The translations under genes were made by a program, and so were the position numbers. Shown one piece after another: positions 1-10,855 of a DNA stretch of 64,000 bases (positions are counted from its first letter, which is position 1; each line of letters starts with the position of its first letter). The DNA is taken from assembly GCA_963822965.1 (NCBI GenBank), contig CAWGJT010000005.1, forward strand, positions 1,920,001 to 1,984,000, written 5' to 3'. Source of the DNA: an uncultured delta proteobacterium (GTDB lineage: Bacteria; Myxococcota_A; UBA9160; UBA4427). A model generated the notes under the pieces. That model saw only the letters and a list, made by a program, of their open reading frames with translations, was not told the DNA's origin and ran no database searches.

Positions 1-37
1 ACCCCTCGAAGGCTTCATGCCGAGGCCGGCGAAGGCT

Positions 38-819
<782 letters not shown>

Positions 820-829
<10 letters not shown>

Positions 830-1605
830 GACGGAGCTCCTTCGGCAGCGCGTTCGGCGGCCGCGAGGGCCTCGGCGAGATCGACGGCGCCCGTGTAGAG
901 CGAGCGTCCCAGGATGGCCCCGGCGATGCCGCTCTTCATGCGGGCGATGCCGCCCTCGATGTCGGCCAGCGACGCGACGCCGCCGGAGACGATGACGGGG
1001 ACGTCGACGCACTCGGCGAGGGCGGCGGTGGCGTCGAGATTGGCGCCGGCGAGCATGCCGTCCCGGGCGATGTCCGTGTAGACGATGGCGGCGATGCCGT
1101 CGTCCGCGAAGCGCTGGGCCAGCTCGACGGCCGTCATCTCGCTCACGTCGCGCCAGCCCTCGACGGCCACGCGTCCGTCCCGGGCGTCGATGCCCAGCAC
1201 CACCCGGCCGGGGAACGCGCGCGCGGCGTCGCGCACCACCTGCGGCTGCTTCAACGCCACGGTGCCCATCACCACGCGGTCGACGCCGAGCGCGAGCGCG
1301 GCCTCCGCGTCGGCCACGCTGCGCACGCCGCCTCCGAGCTGCACGGGAACCGAGCCCATGGCGGCGACGATGGCGCGAATCGACGCCTCGTTGCGTCGCA
1401 CGCCGTCCCGGGCCCCGTCGAGATCCACCACGTGGAAGCGCCGGATGGGATGGGCGGCCCAGCGACGGGCGGCCCGGGCGGGGTCGGGCTCGTAGACGGT
1501 CACGTCCGCGTAGCTGCCCTGGGCGAGCCGCACGCAGCGCCCTTCCAGCACGTCGATGGAGGGGATCACCTCGAAGATCCGTCCCGTCTCGCGCGAGCCG
1601 CCCAC
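820..1605 (-). CDS. hisA: ProFAR isomerase
   Basis: [21 protein letters not shown] and YTDIARDG motifs; GTG start in a TAGTG overlap with the hisH stop. Confidence 0.95.
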
Positions 1606-2246
1606 TAGGATTCCTCGACCCAGAAGCGATACGCGTCCAGCAGCCGCTTGCCGGCGGCCTGGCTCTTCTCGGGGTGGAACTGCACGGCGAAGAGGTTCGG
1701 CGTGGCTACCGCGGACGCGAAGGAGCCGCCGTAGTCGGTGCGGCCGACCACGATGGAATCGTCGTCGGGCTCTCCCCGGTAGGAGTGCACGAAGTAGAAG
1801 TAGTCGCGCTCGGGCAGATGCTCGAGCATCGGGTGCGCGCCCGAGAACACCACCTCGTTCCAACCGATGTGGGGAACGCGCAGGCGTGCGCCCGAGGGGT
1901 CGCGGTCCGGGAAGCGGCGAACGTGTCCGGCCAGCACGCCGAAGCCCTTCGTGATGCCGTGCTCCTCGCCCTCGTCGAAGAGAAGCTGCAGCCCGAAGCA
2001 CAGGCCCAGGTACGGACGCTTGTCCGCGATGGCGCGGGCCACGGCCTCGTCGAGACCGGCCGCCCGCAGGCTGTTGGCCGCGTCCCGGAAGGCCCCGACG
2101 CCGGGCAGCACGACGCCCGCGCACCCGCGCACCACCGCCGGGTCGCCCGTCACGACGGGCTCCATGCCGGAGCGGGCGAGCGCCTTCGCCACGCTGCGCA
2201 GGTTGCCCGCGCCGTAGTCGACGACCGCGATGCGGGGCGCGCTCAT
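1605..2246 (-). CDS. hisH: Imidazole glycerol phosphate synthase, glutaminase subunit
   Basis: DYGAGNL, GLCFG (catalytic Cys), YFVHSY and QFHPEKS motifs; start could be 2285. Confidence 0.96.
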   Translation of the reverse strand: MSAPRIAVVDYGAGNLRSVAKALARSGMEPVVTGDPAVVRGCAGVVLPGVGAFRDAANSLRAAGLDEAVARAIADKRPYLGLCFGLQLLFDEGEEHGITKGFGVLAGHVRRFPDRDPSGARLRVPHIGWNEVVFSGAHPMLEHLPERDYFYFVHSYRGEPDDDSIVVGRTDYGGSFASAVATPNLFAVQFHPEKSQAAGKRLLDAYRFWVEES

Positions 2247-2337
2247 CTCGGACACCGGCGCCGCGCGCCGGCGATGGGGGGACACTCGATCATGAATCTC
2301 TACCCGGAGCTCTCGCGGATGAAGTCGCAGCCGCTCG

Positions 2338-2952
2338 TCAGAGCGCGCCCTTCACGGTGGGCAACCCGGTCTGGCGCGGATCGATCTCGAGGGCCGCACG
2401 CAGCGCGCGGGCGGCTCCCTTGAAGACCGCTTCCACCACGTGATGCGGGCTGCGTCCGTACCGCATGTCCACGTGCAGATCGAGCCCAGCGTTCTGGGAC
2501 AGCGCCTGCAGGAAGTCCTCGGTGAGGGCCGCGTCGAAGTCGCCGATGCGGTCGTTCGAGAGATCCACGCGATACACCAGGTAGGGACGGTTCGAGATGT
2601 CCACCGCTACCTCGACCTTCGCCTCGGCCATGGGCAGCACGGCACTGCCGAAGCGGCGGATGCCCACCGCCGAGCCCAGCGCCTGGCGGATGGCCTGGCC
2701 GATGGCGATGCCCACGTCCTCGACGGTGTGGTGCAGGTCGACCTCGATGTCGCCCCGGGCCTCGAGCTTCAGGTCGAAGAGGGCGTGCCGGGCGAACGAC
2801 TCCAGCATGTGGTCGAAGAACGGGATCCCCGTCGAGACCTCGTACTGCCCCGACCCGTCGAGGCAGAGCTCGACGTGGATGTCCGTCTCCTTCGTCTTGC
2901 GGACGATGGTGGACGTTCGGGGGCTCGAAGTCGGCGCGGCCGCGTCGCCCAT
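2338..2952 (-). CDS. hisB: Imidazoleglycerol-phosphate dehydratase
   Basis: RKTKETDI, FFDHML, DLHHTVED, HHVVEAVFK and C-terminal PTVKGAL motifs. Confidence 0.97.
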   Translation of the reverse strand: MGDAAAPTSSPRTSTIVRKTKETDIHVELCLDGSGQYEVSTGIPFFDHMLESFARHALFDLKLEARGDIEVDLHHTVEDVGIAIGQAIRQALGSAVGIRRFGSAVLPMAEAKVEVAVDISNRPYLVYRVDLSNDRIGDFDAALTEDFLQALSQNAGLDLHVDMRYGRSPHHVVEAVFKGAARALRAALEIDPRQTGLPTVKGAL

Positions 2953-3030
2953 GTCGGTCTCCTGGCTCCTTCCTCGGGTGCTGTCTCGTCCTGCGCAGGA
3001 CCCGGGAGCCGGAGAGCGTCCTGGGCCTCG

Positions 3031-4386
3031 TTAGATCTCGGCTTCCCGCGCCGCCTCGCGCTCGCGTCGCGCCCGGCGGATCTTCTGCAGACGCAGGTCG
3101 ATCGACTTTCCGTGTCCGCTGAGGCCCTCGACCTCGGCGAGACGGATCACCTCCGCGCCCAGCTCCCGCAGCTTCGGCGGCTCGAACTTCATGAAGCTCG
3201 TGCGCTTCAGGAAATCCTCGACGCACAGCGGCGATGCGAAGCGCGCCATCCCGCCCGTCGGGAGCACGCCGTTGGGTCCCGCCAGATAGTCCCCGACCGC
3301 CACGGGAGTGTAGTGACCGAGGAAGATGGCCCCGGCGCAGGTGACCGTCTTCACTGCGCTTTCCGGATCCTCGATGGCGAGAACGAGATGCTCCGGCGCG
3401 TAGCGGTTGGCGATTGTAATCGACTCCTCGAGATTGCGCGTCACCACCACCGCCCCCCGGGTGGAGAGCGACTCGCGCGCGATCTTCGACCGCTCGAGCC
3501 CCTTGAGCTGCCGGGCCAGCTGCTCCTGGACCCGGGTCACCAGGGCCTTGGTGTGGGTCACCAGCAGCAGACGCACGTCCTCGCCCTGCTCGGCCTGGGA
3601 GAGCAGGTCGGCGGCCAGCCAGGCGGGCGTGGCGCTGCGGTCGGCGACGATGCAGACCTCGGAAGGGCCCGCCTCGGGGGTCACGGCCGCGTACCGCGCG
3701 ACGGCGCGCAGGGCGCACGTCACGGCGGGATCGCCGTGTCCCACGATCTTGTCCACCGCGGGAACCGTCTCCGTCCCGTAGGCCAGGGCGGCGATGGCGT
3801 GCGGGCCTCCCATCTTGAACACCCGGTGGACGCCCGCCACCCGGGCGGCGGTGAGGATCTCCGGGGCCACCTTGCCCCCGCGGTCGGCGGCCGCGGCGAG
3901 GACGATCTCCGGCACCTCCACCACGGAGGCGGGGATGGTGTTCATGATGACGCGCGAGGGCGCGCGCAGGTGGCGGCTGTCCACGTAGACGCCCACCCGC
4001 TCGAGGGGGCGCACCCGGTGGCCCATGTAGCCGCCGCCCTCCTCGCGCATCTCCCAGCTCGACGGAATGCGCTTGCGGTGGAACTCGCGGACGCGCATGG
4101 CGGCCTTGCCGAGGGCCGCGCGGTCGCCCGCGTCCGCCTGCTCGCAGGCCTCGTCCCATTCGTCGCGGCCCACCTCGAGGGTCTGGATCTTCGAGCGGTC
4201 GGCCTTCTGCACGAGCGCGAGCAGCTCGGCGTCGCCGCCCTCGCGCACGCGCTCGAGCGTCCGCCGCACGTCCTTCTCCGACGCGGCCCCGTCCTCGGCG
4301 CGCTCGCACAGCGCCGCGAAGCTCGCCTCGAAGGCGGACTCGTCGGTCTTGATGACGCGCAGAAGCTTGGTCGATCGGCTGGCCAT
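3031..4386 (-). CDS. hisD: Histidinol dehydrogenase homologue with divergent NAD/Zn motifs
   Basis: AGPSE, DLLSQAE, APEHL, GDYLAGPN and EGLSGH motifs; position in the his operon; several conserved residues substituted (see findings). Confidence 0.88.
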   Translation of the reverse strand: MASRSTKLLRVIKTDESAFEASFAALCERAEDGAASEKDVRRTLERVREGGDAELLALVQKADRSKIQTLEVGRDEWDEACEQADAGDRAALGKAAMRVREFHRKRIPSSWEMREEGGGYMGHRVRPLERVGVYVDSRHLRAPSRVIMNTIPASVVEVPEIVLAAAADRGGKVAPEILTAARVAGVHRVFKMGGPHAIAALAYGTETVPAVDKIVGHGDPAVTCALRAVARYAAVTPEAGPSEVCIVADRSATPAWLAADLLSQAEQGEDVRLLLVTHTKALVTRVQEQLARQLKGLERSKIARESLSTRGAVVVTRNLEESITIANRYAPEHLVLAIEDPESAVKTVTCAGAIFLGHYTPVAVGDYLAGPNGVLPTGGMARFASPLCVEDFLKRTSFMKFEPPKLRELGAEVIRLAEVEGLSGHGKSIDLRLQKIRRARREREAAREAEI

Positions 4387-4464
4387 CTCTCGCCTCCTGG
4401 CTTTGAGCCCGTGGCTGCGCTCGGGCTCCCACCGCTGGAGGGGGACGGGCGGCGGCGTTTCCGG

Positions 4465-5349
4465 CTATTTCGTGCGACCCGGTCCTTCGCGGCGCGCCAC
4501 CACGACGCGCGGCCTCCGGGCCAGGTCTCGTACGACCTCGATCTCCACGAGGCCGGCCTTGCTGCACTCCTCGGCGATCCGCTCCGTCTGCTCCGGTCCC
4601 AGCTCGACGGCGAAGACGCCTCCCGGCATCAGCGCCTCGTTCACCCCGGCCACCAGACGGCTCGCCACCGCGAGGCCATCTTCTCCGCCGAAGAGAGCCA
4701 CCTCGGGCTCGTGCACCAGCTCCGGGGGCAGCCCTCCCGCATCTCGCCGCGCCACGTAGGGCGGGTTCGAGACGATGAGATCGAACTGCTCCCCCGGAAC
4801 GGCCCCGAAGAGGTCTCCCTCCAGGAAGCGGAGTCGTTCACTCAGCAGCAGCTTGTCGGCATTGGAGCGGGCAATCTGTAGGGCCAACGGGGAGATATCG
4901 GTGGCTGTGACGTGTGCAGCGGGCCGCTCGTGGGCCAGGGCGAGGGCGATCGCCCCCGATCCCGTGCCCAGGTCCAGGATCCGGTAGGATCCCCGCGGGT
5001 CCGGCAGCCGCGCCAGGGCGGCCTCCACCAGGGTCTCGGTCTCGGGGCGTGGCGTGAGGACGTCACCGCTCACCTGCAGCTCCAGGGACCAGAACTCGCG
5101 CACCCCCAGCAGCTGGGAGACGGGTACCCGCTCGCGCGCGCGGCGCAGCACCAGCTGGCGGAAGACCGCGCGCTCGTCGGCGTGGATCGGCTTGTCGAAG
5201 TCCACGTAGAGCTGCAGGCGCTTCACGCCCAGGGCGTGGGCCAGCAGGCACTCCGCGTCGAGCCGGGGCGAGTCGAGGCCCTGGGCGGCGAAGTGCTGCT
5301 CCGTCCACTGGAGCAGCTCGAGGATCGTCCAGGTCCTGTCTTCGGCCAT
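4465..5349 (-). CDS. prmC: Release factor glutamine methyltransferase
   Basis: PRPETE, LDLGTGSG and NPPY motifs; downstream of prfA; ATG at 5349 with GGAG upstream. Confidence 0.96.
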   Translation of the reverse strand: MAEDRTWTILELLQWTEQHFAAQGLDSPRLDAECLLAHALGVKRLQLYVDFDKPIHADERAVFRQLVLRRARERVPVSQLLGVREFWSLELQVSGDVLTPRPETETLVEAALARLPDPRGSYRILDLGTGSGAIALALAHERPAAHVTATDISPLALQIARSNADKLLLSERLRFLEGDLFGAVPGEQFDLIVSNPPYVARRDAGGLPPELVHEPEVALFGGEDGLAVASRLVAGVNEALMPGGVFAVELGPEQTERIAEECSKAGLVEIEVVRDLARRPRVVVARREGPGRTK

Positions 5350-5432
5350 CTCCGTCCCCCGAGCCGCGCCAGGAGCGTGCGCGGCAGAAGGCCGCGCACG
5401 CCGCGGCCAGCCGAGATCGTAGATTTCGGCCG

Positions 5433-6515
5433 CTACCCGGCCTCGGGGTCGGAGCTGTCGAACGACTCCGACAGCTCGAGCCGCACGGCGGAGATCAGCT
5501 CCTGCAGATCGCCCTCGAGGACGTGGTCGAGCTTGTGGAGCGTCACCCCCGCGCGGTGATCGGTGATGCGATTCTGCGGAAAGTTGTAGGTGCGGATCTT
5601 CTCGCTGCGCTCGCCGCTGCCCACCTGCTCGCGGCGGGCGCTGGCTCGCTCGTCGGCGGCGCGCTGCTGCTCCATCTCGAGCAGCCGCGAGAGCAGCACC
5701 TTCATGGCCTTCGCCTTGTTCTTGTGCTGGGACTTCTCGTCCTGGCACTGCACGACGAGGCCCGTCGGTAAGTGCGTGATGCGAACCGCGGAGTCGGTCG
5801 TGTTGACGCTCTGTCCGCCCGGACCGCCCGCCCGCATGACGTCGATGCGCAGGTCGTTCGGGCTCACCTCGACGTCCACGTCCTCGGCCTCGGGCATCAC
5901 CGCCACGGTCACGGTCGAGGTGTGGATGCGTCCCTGGGACTCGGTGGCCGGAACCCGCTGCACCCGGTGCACGCCCCGTTCGTACTTCAGATCGCGGAAC
6001 ACGCCGTCCCCGGAGACGAGGGCGATGATCTCCTTGAAGCCCCCGCCCGCGGTCTCCGAGACCGAGAGGTTCTCCACCTTCCATCCCACCCGGTCGGCGT
6101 GCCGGTGGTACATGCGGAAGAGGTCCGCGGCGAAGAGGGCCGCTTCGTCGCCGCCCGTGCCCGCGCGGATCTCGAGGATGGCGTTGCGGGCGTCGTTGGG
6201 GTCGGGCGGCAGCAGCAGCTGGCGCAGCTCCTGCTCCAGCGCGTCCCGCTCTTCGCTCAGGCGGGCGACGTCGCTGCGCGCCATCTCGGCGATCTCGGGA
6301 TCGTCGTCCCGGAGCATCTCGCGCGCGCCTTCGAGCTCGACCAGCACCGCGCGGTAGCGACCGCCGCGCTCGACCAGGGGTCGCTGCAGGGCGAGCTGCT
6401 TGCCGAGACGCTGGTACTCGCTCGGCTTCTGGGCCAGCACCGGATCGGCGAGCTGCTCCTCCAGCGCGCGGGCGCGCGCCTCCGCCTCGGTGATCTTCTC
6501 GAGGTAATCTGCCAT
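5433..6515 (-). CDS. prfA: Peptide chain release factor 1
   Basis: GGQ motif, PAT stop-recognition loop, IRTYNFPQ. Confidence 0.98.
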   Translation of the reverse strand: MADYLEKITEAEARARALEEQLADPVLAQKPSEYQRLGKQLALQRPLVERGGRYRAVLVELEGAREMLRDDDPEIAEMARSDVARLSEERDALEQELRQLLLPPDPNDARNAILEIRAGTGGDEAALFAADLFRMYHRHADRVGWKVENLSVSETAGGGFKEIIALVSGDGVFRDLKYERGVHRVQRVPATESQGRIHTSTVTVAVMPEAEDVDVEVSPNDLRIDVMRAGGPGGQSVNTTDSAVRITHLPTGLVVQCQDEKSQHKNKAKAMKVLLSRLLEMEQQRAADERASARREQVGSGERSEKIRTYNFPQNRITDHRAGVTLHKLDHVLEGDLQELISAVRLELSESFDSSDPEAG

Positions 6516-6519
6516 TTCA

Positions 6520-6558
6520 GGAGGCTGCGACGGCCATCTCGGAAGCTACGACGGCCAT
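6520..6558. repeat. Imperfect 18-bp direct repeat (GGARGCTRCGACGGCCAT), 21-bp period
   Basis: GGAGGCTGCGACGGCCAT at 6520-6537 and GGAAGCTACGACGGCCAT at 6541-6558. Confidence 0.8.
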
Positions 6559-6587
6559 GGTTCGGGGAGGGGCCTCTCGCAAGTGGC

Positions 6588-8063
6588 TCAGGAGTTCATC
6601 GACTCCAGGAACTCCACGTTCGTTTCCGTGGCCTTGATCTTGCCCAGCAGGAACTCCATCGAGTCCACGGGGGACAGGGGAGCGAGCACCTTGCGCAGGA
6701 TGTACATCCGGTTCAGGGTGTTCTCGTCCAGCAGCAGCTCCTCGCGCCGGGTCGCCGAGCGATTGATGTCGATGGCCGGGTAGGTCCGCCGATCCGCCAG
6801 CTTCCGGTCGAGCACGAGCTCGCTGTTGCCGGTGCCCTTGAACTCCTCGAAGATCACCTCGTCCATGCGCGACCCGGTGTCGATGAGCGCGGTGCCCACG
6901 ATGGTGAGGCTGCCGCCCTCCTCGACGTTGCGCGCCGCCCCGAAGAAGCGCTTCGGCTTGTGGAGCGCGTTGGAGTCGACGCCGCCCGAGAGGATCTTGC
7001 CCGAGTGGGGCACCACGGTGTTGTGGGCGCGCGCGAGGCGGGTGATCGAGTCGAGCAGGATCACCACGTCGCGGCCGTGCTCCACCAGGCGCTTGGCCTT
7101 GTTGATGACCATGTCGGCCACCTGCACGTGACGCGTGGCGGGCTCGTCGAAGGTGGAGGAGATCACCTCTCCCTTCACCGTCCGCCGCATGTCGGTCACC
7201 TCTTCGGGCCGCTCGTCGATGAGCAGCACGATGAGGTAGACCTCCGGGTGGTTCTCGATGATCGCGTTCGCGATGTCCTTCAGGATCGTCGTCTTGCCGG
7301 CCTTGGGAGGCGACGTGATCAGGGCGCGCTGTCCCTTTCCGATGGGCGCGATCAGGTCGATGATGCGCGTCGTGATGCCGCCGATCTGCGACTCGAGGGT
7401 GAACTTCTCCTGGGGATAGAGGGGCGTCAGGTTGTCGAAGAGGATCTTGTGGCGCGCCTTCTCGGGCGCCTCGAAGTTGATCGACTCGACCTTCAGGAGC
7501 GCGAAGTAGCGCTCGCCTTCCTTGGGCGAGCGGATCTGACCCTCGACGCTGTCGCCCGTCCGCAGGTTGAATCGGCGGATCTGCGACGGCGAGACGTAGA
7601 TGTCGTCGGGCCCGGCGAGATAGTTCTGATCGGGCGCGCGCAGGAAGCCGAAGCCGTCCTGCAGGATCTCGAGCACGCCCTCGGCGAAGATCTTGCCGTG
7701 CTTGGCGGTCTGGGCTTGGAGGATGGCGAAGAGCAGGTCCTGCTTGCGCATGCCCGCCGCGTTCTCGACCTCCATCTCCTCGGCGATCTTCGTCAGCTCC
7801 TGCATCGTGTTCGCCTTGAGGTCGCGGACGTAGATGCGCTCGCTGTCGTCGTACTCGTCGGCGGCGGCCTCCTCCTCGGCGAGGTCCTCCTCCGAGGGCA
7901 GATACTCGCGCTTGACGGTCTGCCGTACGCCCTCGCCCTTGGCGCGGGTGTTGCCTCCTCCACCCCGGGAGCCGGAGCTGCGGCGGCGACCCCGGCCCCG
8001 GCGGCTGCGGTTGCCTTGGCTTCCAGATCCATTGGTGGAATCACTGGCGCGCTGCGTCGTCAC
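6588..8063 (-). CDS. rho: Transcription termination factor Rho with an Arg-rich then acidic N-terminal extension
   Basis: [26 protein letters not shown] and FEEFKGTGN motifs; GTG at 8063 chosen because the ORF-track start (8444) overlaps the -10 element. Confidence 0.97.
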   Translation of the reverse strand: MTTQRASDSTNGSGSQGNRSRRGRGRRRSSGSRGGGGNTRAKGEGVRQTVKREYLPSEEDLAEEEAAADEYDDSERIYVRDLKANTMQELTKIAEEMEVENAAGMRKQDLLFAILQAQTAKHGKIFAEGVLEILQDGFGFLRAPDQNYLAGPDDIYVSPSQIRRFNLRTGDSVEGQIRSPKEGERYFALLKVESINFEAPEKARHKILFDNLTPLYPQEKFTLESQIGGITTRIIDLIAPIGKGQRALITSPPKAGKTTILKDIANAIIENHPEVYLIVLLIDERPEEVTDMRRTVKGEVISSTFDEPATRHVQVADMVINKAKRLVEHGRDVVILLDSITRLARAHNTVVPHSGKILSGGVDSNALHKPKRFFGAARNVEEGGSLTIVGTALIDTGSRMDEVIFEEFKGTGNSELVLDRKLADRRTYPAIDINRSATRREELLLDENTLNRMYILRKVLAPLSPVDSMEFLLGKIKATETNVEFLESMNS

Positions 8064-8443
8064 GTTGTCGTCTCTCTCGTTGGAGTCCAGAGGAGGGCCC
8101 GTTTCGCTCGTTTGGGGTTGGAGTTGGGTTTGGGAGGGGTGCCCGGAGCGGGCTTGGGATCGCGGTCGGGAGGGGGTCGTCTCGGGAAACCGACTGCGGG
8201 GTTGGTCGGCCGTGAGCTGGAGCGTGAGACCCGGATCAGAGTCTGAAAGCGTCTTGGGAGGATGCGGTTCGCTCTGTCTGGCTCTCTGGTTCGGAGTTTC
8301 GGACCGGGAAGTTGAACGAAAAATCGCTGCTTCCGTCCCGGAATTCAGCTGTCGGGTTTCGCGGCCTTCCGCTGGATCCGAACGCGGCCCGATGCGGCAG
8401 CTTCGCGTTCGTTGCTGAATTGGATAAGGGGAAGAGTGGGACA

Positions 8444-8472
8444 ACCGTAGAGCCGAGGCCCCGGGCTGTCAA
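8444..8472 (-). promoter_or_regulatory. sigma70-type promoter for rho (TTGACA-N17-TACGGT)
   Basis: Minus strand: TTGACA at 8472-8467, 17-nt spacer, TACGGT at 8449-8444. Confidence 0.7.
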
Positions 8473-8482
8473 GAACTCCGTT

Positions 8483-9202
8483 TCACGCGCGGTCCGACGC
8501 GGGCCCGGAGCCCGCAGCGATGTGATGAACCAGACGGCCCGCGCGCTCGCCGTCCCGACGGTAGGAGTGGAAGCGTTCCGGCTGACAGGCCGTGCAAGAA
8601 TCCGGAACGACGCCGCGATCGGTGTCCGAGATGCCCATCCGCTGCAGCTCCACCGCCACCAGGGATGCGAGATCGAGCATCCAGTGACCGGGACGCCCGG
8701 CTTCTGCGGGGCGGAGCGCCGCATCGAGGCCGGCACCGAACCGGACCCGCAGGGGCACCACGACGGGCTCGTCCACCTCGTAGCAACAGGCGCCGATGTG
8801 AGGCCCGACGACGGCCCGCAGCCGGGTGCCGGCGGGAGAGCGGGCCTGCAGGGCAGCGATGCCCTGCTCGACGACGCCCGCCGCCAGGCCGCGCCAGCCC
8901 GCGTGGATGGCCAACACGGCCGCACCGTCCCGGCTCGCGGCCAGCACGGGGACGCAGTCCGCGGTCACGATCCCCACGGGGACGCCGGGCTCCCCGGACA
9001 CGATCGCGTCGGCTTCGGCCGGATGCGCGCTCCCGTCTCGCACGGCGGCCACCCCCACGCCGTGCACCTGGCGAGGACGCACGAGAAGGCGGGGCGCCGT
9101 GCCGTCCCGCAGCCCGAAGCCATGGACCACGCCGATCTCCTCGAGCAGCGGGTGGCGAAGTCCTGCCGGGCTGGCGGGAGACGGCGGCGGGGCGCTGCTC
9201 AT
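8483..9202 (-). CDS. pgeF: PgeF/YfiH family protein (purine nucleoside phosphorylase / peptidoglycan editing factor)
   Basis: QVHG, TADCVPV, HAGWRG, GPHIGACCYEV and HSYRRD motifs; coupled to rluD. Confidence 0.93.
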   Translation of the reverse strand: MSSAPPPSPASPAGLRHPLLEEIGVVHGFGLRDGTAPRLLVRPRQVHGVGVAAVRDGSAHPAEADAIVSGEPGVPVGIVTADCVPVLAASRDGAAVLAIHAGWRGLAAGVVEQGIAALQARSPAGTRLRAVVGPHIGACCYEVDEPVVVPLRVRFGAGLDAALRPAEAGRPGHWMLDLASLVAVELQRMGISDTDRGVVPDSCTACQPERFHSYRRDGERAGRLVHHIAAGSGPASDRA

Positions 9203-10221
9203 CGGTCTCCTCCTCTCCCGGCTTCCGGCCCGGCTCTCTCGGGGCTGCCTTCGCGCTCGCGCAGCCACGAGAGGAACGCCGCCAGGTCCGCGGGCAGGGG
9301 CGCCTCGAAGCGCAGGCGCTCGCCGCGGCTGGGGTGCACGAATCCCAGCACCGCGGCGTGCAGGGCGGGACGCGCCGGCACCGGTCCCGGCGTCGCGGCG
9401 CCTCGACCGTACACGGGATCGCCGACGATCGGGAAGCCCAGGGACGAGAGGTGCACGCGGATCTGGTGGGTGCGCCCGGTCTCCGGACGCAGCTCGAGCC
9501 GGCTCACGCCGCTGCGGGGAAAGCGTTCGACGACCCGCCAGTCGGTGATCGCCCGGCGGCCCGAGGTCGTGCGCACCGACATGCGCTTGCGGTCGGTCGG
9601 GTGCCGTCCGATGGGCCGATCGACGCGGCCGCGGTCCTCCCCGGGCAGCGCCCGCACGAAGGCGTGGTAGACCCGCTCGATCGTGTGGTCGTGGAACTCG
9701 GCGGCCAGCGCGGCGTGGGCGGCGTCGTTCTTCGCCACGACCATCACGCCGGAGGTTCCCTTGTCCAGCCGGTGCACGATGCCGGGCCGCAGGGCACCGC
9801 CGATGGTCGCCAGGCCCCGGCTCGGGTCCCGGCAGTGATGCAGCAGCGCGTTCACGAGCGTTCCCGTGTGATGTCCGGGCGCGGGGTGGACCACCATGCC
9901 CGCCGCCTTGTCGATGACGATCAGGTCCCGGTCCTCGTGCAGGATCGCGAGGGGGATGTCCTCGGCGACCACCTCCGAGGCCACGGCGGGGGGAGGCGTC
10001 ACCTCGAGCAGCATGCCCGCCACGACGCGCTCGGCCCGGCGCGGGACGTCGCCGTCGGCGAGCACCCGGCCGGCGTCGATCCAGCGCTGCACCTGGGACC
10101 TCGATCCGGCGCCGAGCTTCGCGAGGGCCGCGTCGAGCCGCAGGCCCGCTTCGTCGTCCGTCACCTCGAAGACGAGGGTCTGCTCGCCGTCTTCCTCACC
10201 GCCGACCGAGGATCCGGCCAC
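9199..10221 (-). CDS. rluD: RluA/RluD family 23S rRNA pseudouridine synthase
   Basis: N-terminal S4-like domain; HRLDKGTSG and GRTHQIRVH motifs; classic rluD-yfiH pair. Confidence 0.93.
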   Translation of the reverse strand: MAGSSVGGEEDGEQTLVFEVTDDEAGLRLDAALAKLGAGSRSQVQRWIDAGRVLADGDVPRRAERVVAGMLLEVTPPPAVASEVVAEDIPLAILHEDRDLIVIDKAAGMVVHPAPGHHTGTLVNALLHHCRDPSRGLATIGGALRPGIVHRLDKGTSGVMVVAKNDAAHAALAAEFHDHTIERVYHAFVRALPGEDRGRVDRPIGRHPTDRKRMSVRTTSGRRAITDWRVVERFPRSGVSRLELRPETGRTHQIRVHLSSLGFPIVGDPVYGRGAATPGPVPARPALHAAVLGFVHPSRGERLRFEAPLPADLAAFLSWLREREGSPERAGPEAGRGGDR

Positions 10222-10855
10222 GGCCCTTCTCCGTGCAGGCCTGCTCGTACCGGACCATGTAGCTGTCGGCGACCCGCTTGCCGTCGAGCCCGATGGCGCG
10301 CGCGTACGCGCTCACGAAGCCACGCACGTAGACGGCCGGGGGCAGGCAGTCGAAGGCCTCTTCCTCGAGGGCCTTCAGGTACGTGAGGGTCACCTTCGTC
10401 ACCCCGGCGACCTCGTCGAGCTCGATGCCCCGGTTCATGCGGGAGCGTCGCAGGCGCGATCCGTCGTAGTCCACGTCGGAGCCGTCCGCCGACCCCTCGA
10501 CCATGCCCTCGAGCGCGCTGTCGAGGGAGATCTCCATGTCGTCGTAGTCTTCGAAGGCGGCGCCGTCGGCGACCTGGCCCGGCGCTGCTTCCGGGGATTC
10601 GGCTTCGGGAAGCGACTCGAAGGTGACGCGATCGTAGGCGCGGCGGGCCCCCTCGTCCGAGAGCACGCGATACGCGTCGAGCACCCGCTCCCGGATCGCC
10701 GAGGCCTCCGATTCCTCGAAGAGGGAGTAGAGCGCGAGCGATCCCGACGCCCAGGTGGACGTCGCCAGCCGGTAGGCGCGCTCGATCTCCTCGGGACGGG
10801 CGCCGGGCGGTACCTCGAGCACCTCGTAGTGGTTCTGCGCGTCCAGCCCCTTCAA
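10196..10855 (-). CDS. J-like domain (no HPD) fused to a RodZ-type helix-turn-helix
   Basis: NHYEVLEV...EIERAYR...AYRVLSD...RRAYD; then GSRLRRSR...YLKALEEE...PPAVYVRGFVSAYAR. Confidence 0.85.
   Translation of the reverse strand: MKGLDAQNHYEVLEVPPGARPEEIERAYRLATSTWASGSLALYSLFEESEASAIRERVLDAYRVLSDEGARRAYDRVTFESLPEAESPEAAPGQVADGAAFEDYDDMEISLDSALEGMVEGSADGSDVDYDGSRLRRSRMNRGIELDEVAGVTKVTLTYLKALEEEAFDCLPPAVYVRGFVSAYARAIGLDGKRVADSYMVRYEQACTEKGRGRILGRR

Noticed and set aside
1..18. Possible start of the next his gene (ATG at 18, minus strand, MKPSRG)
   Set aside because: Only six codons are visible, which is too little to identify
8064..8444. 127-aa extra N-terminal extension of Rho from the ORF track
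   Set aside because: Its start codon overlaps the predicted -10 element and the region looks like an untranslated leader
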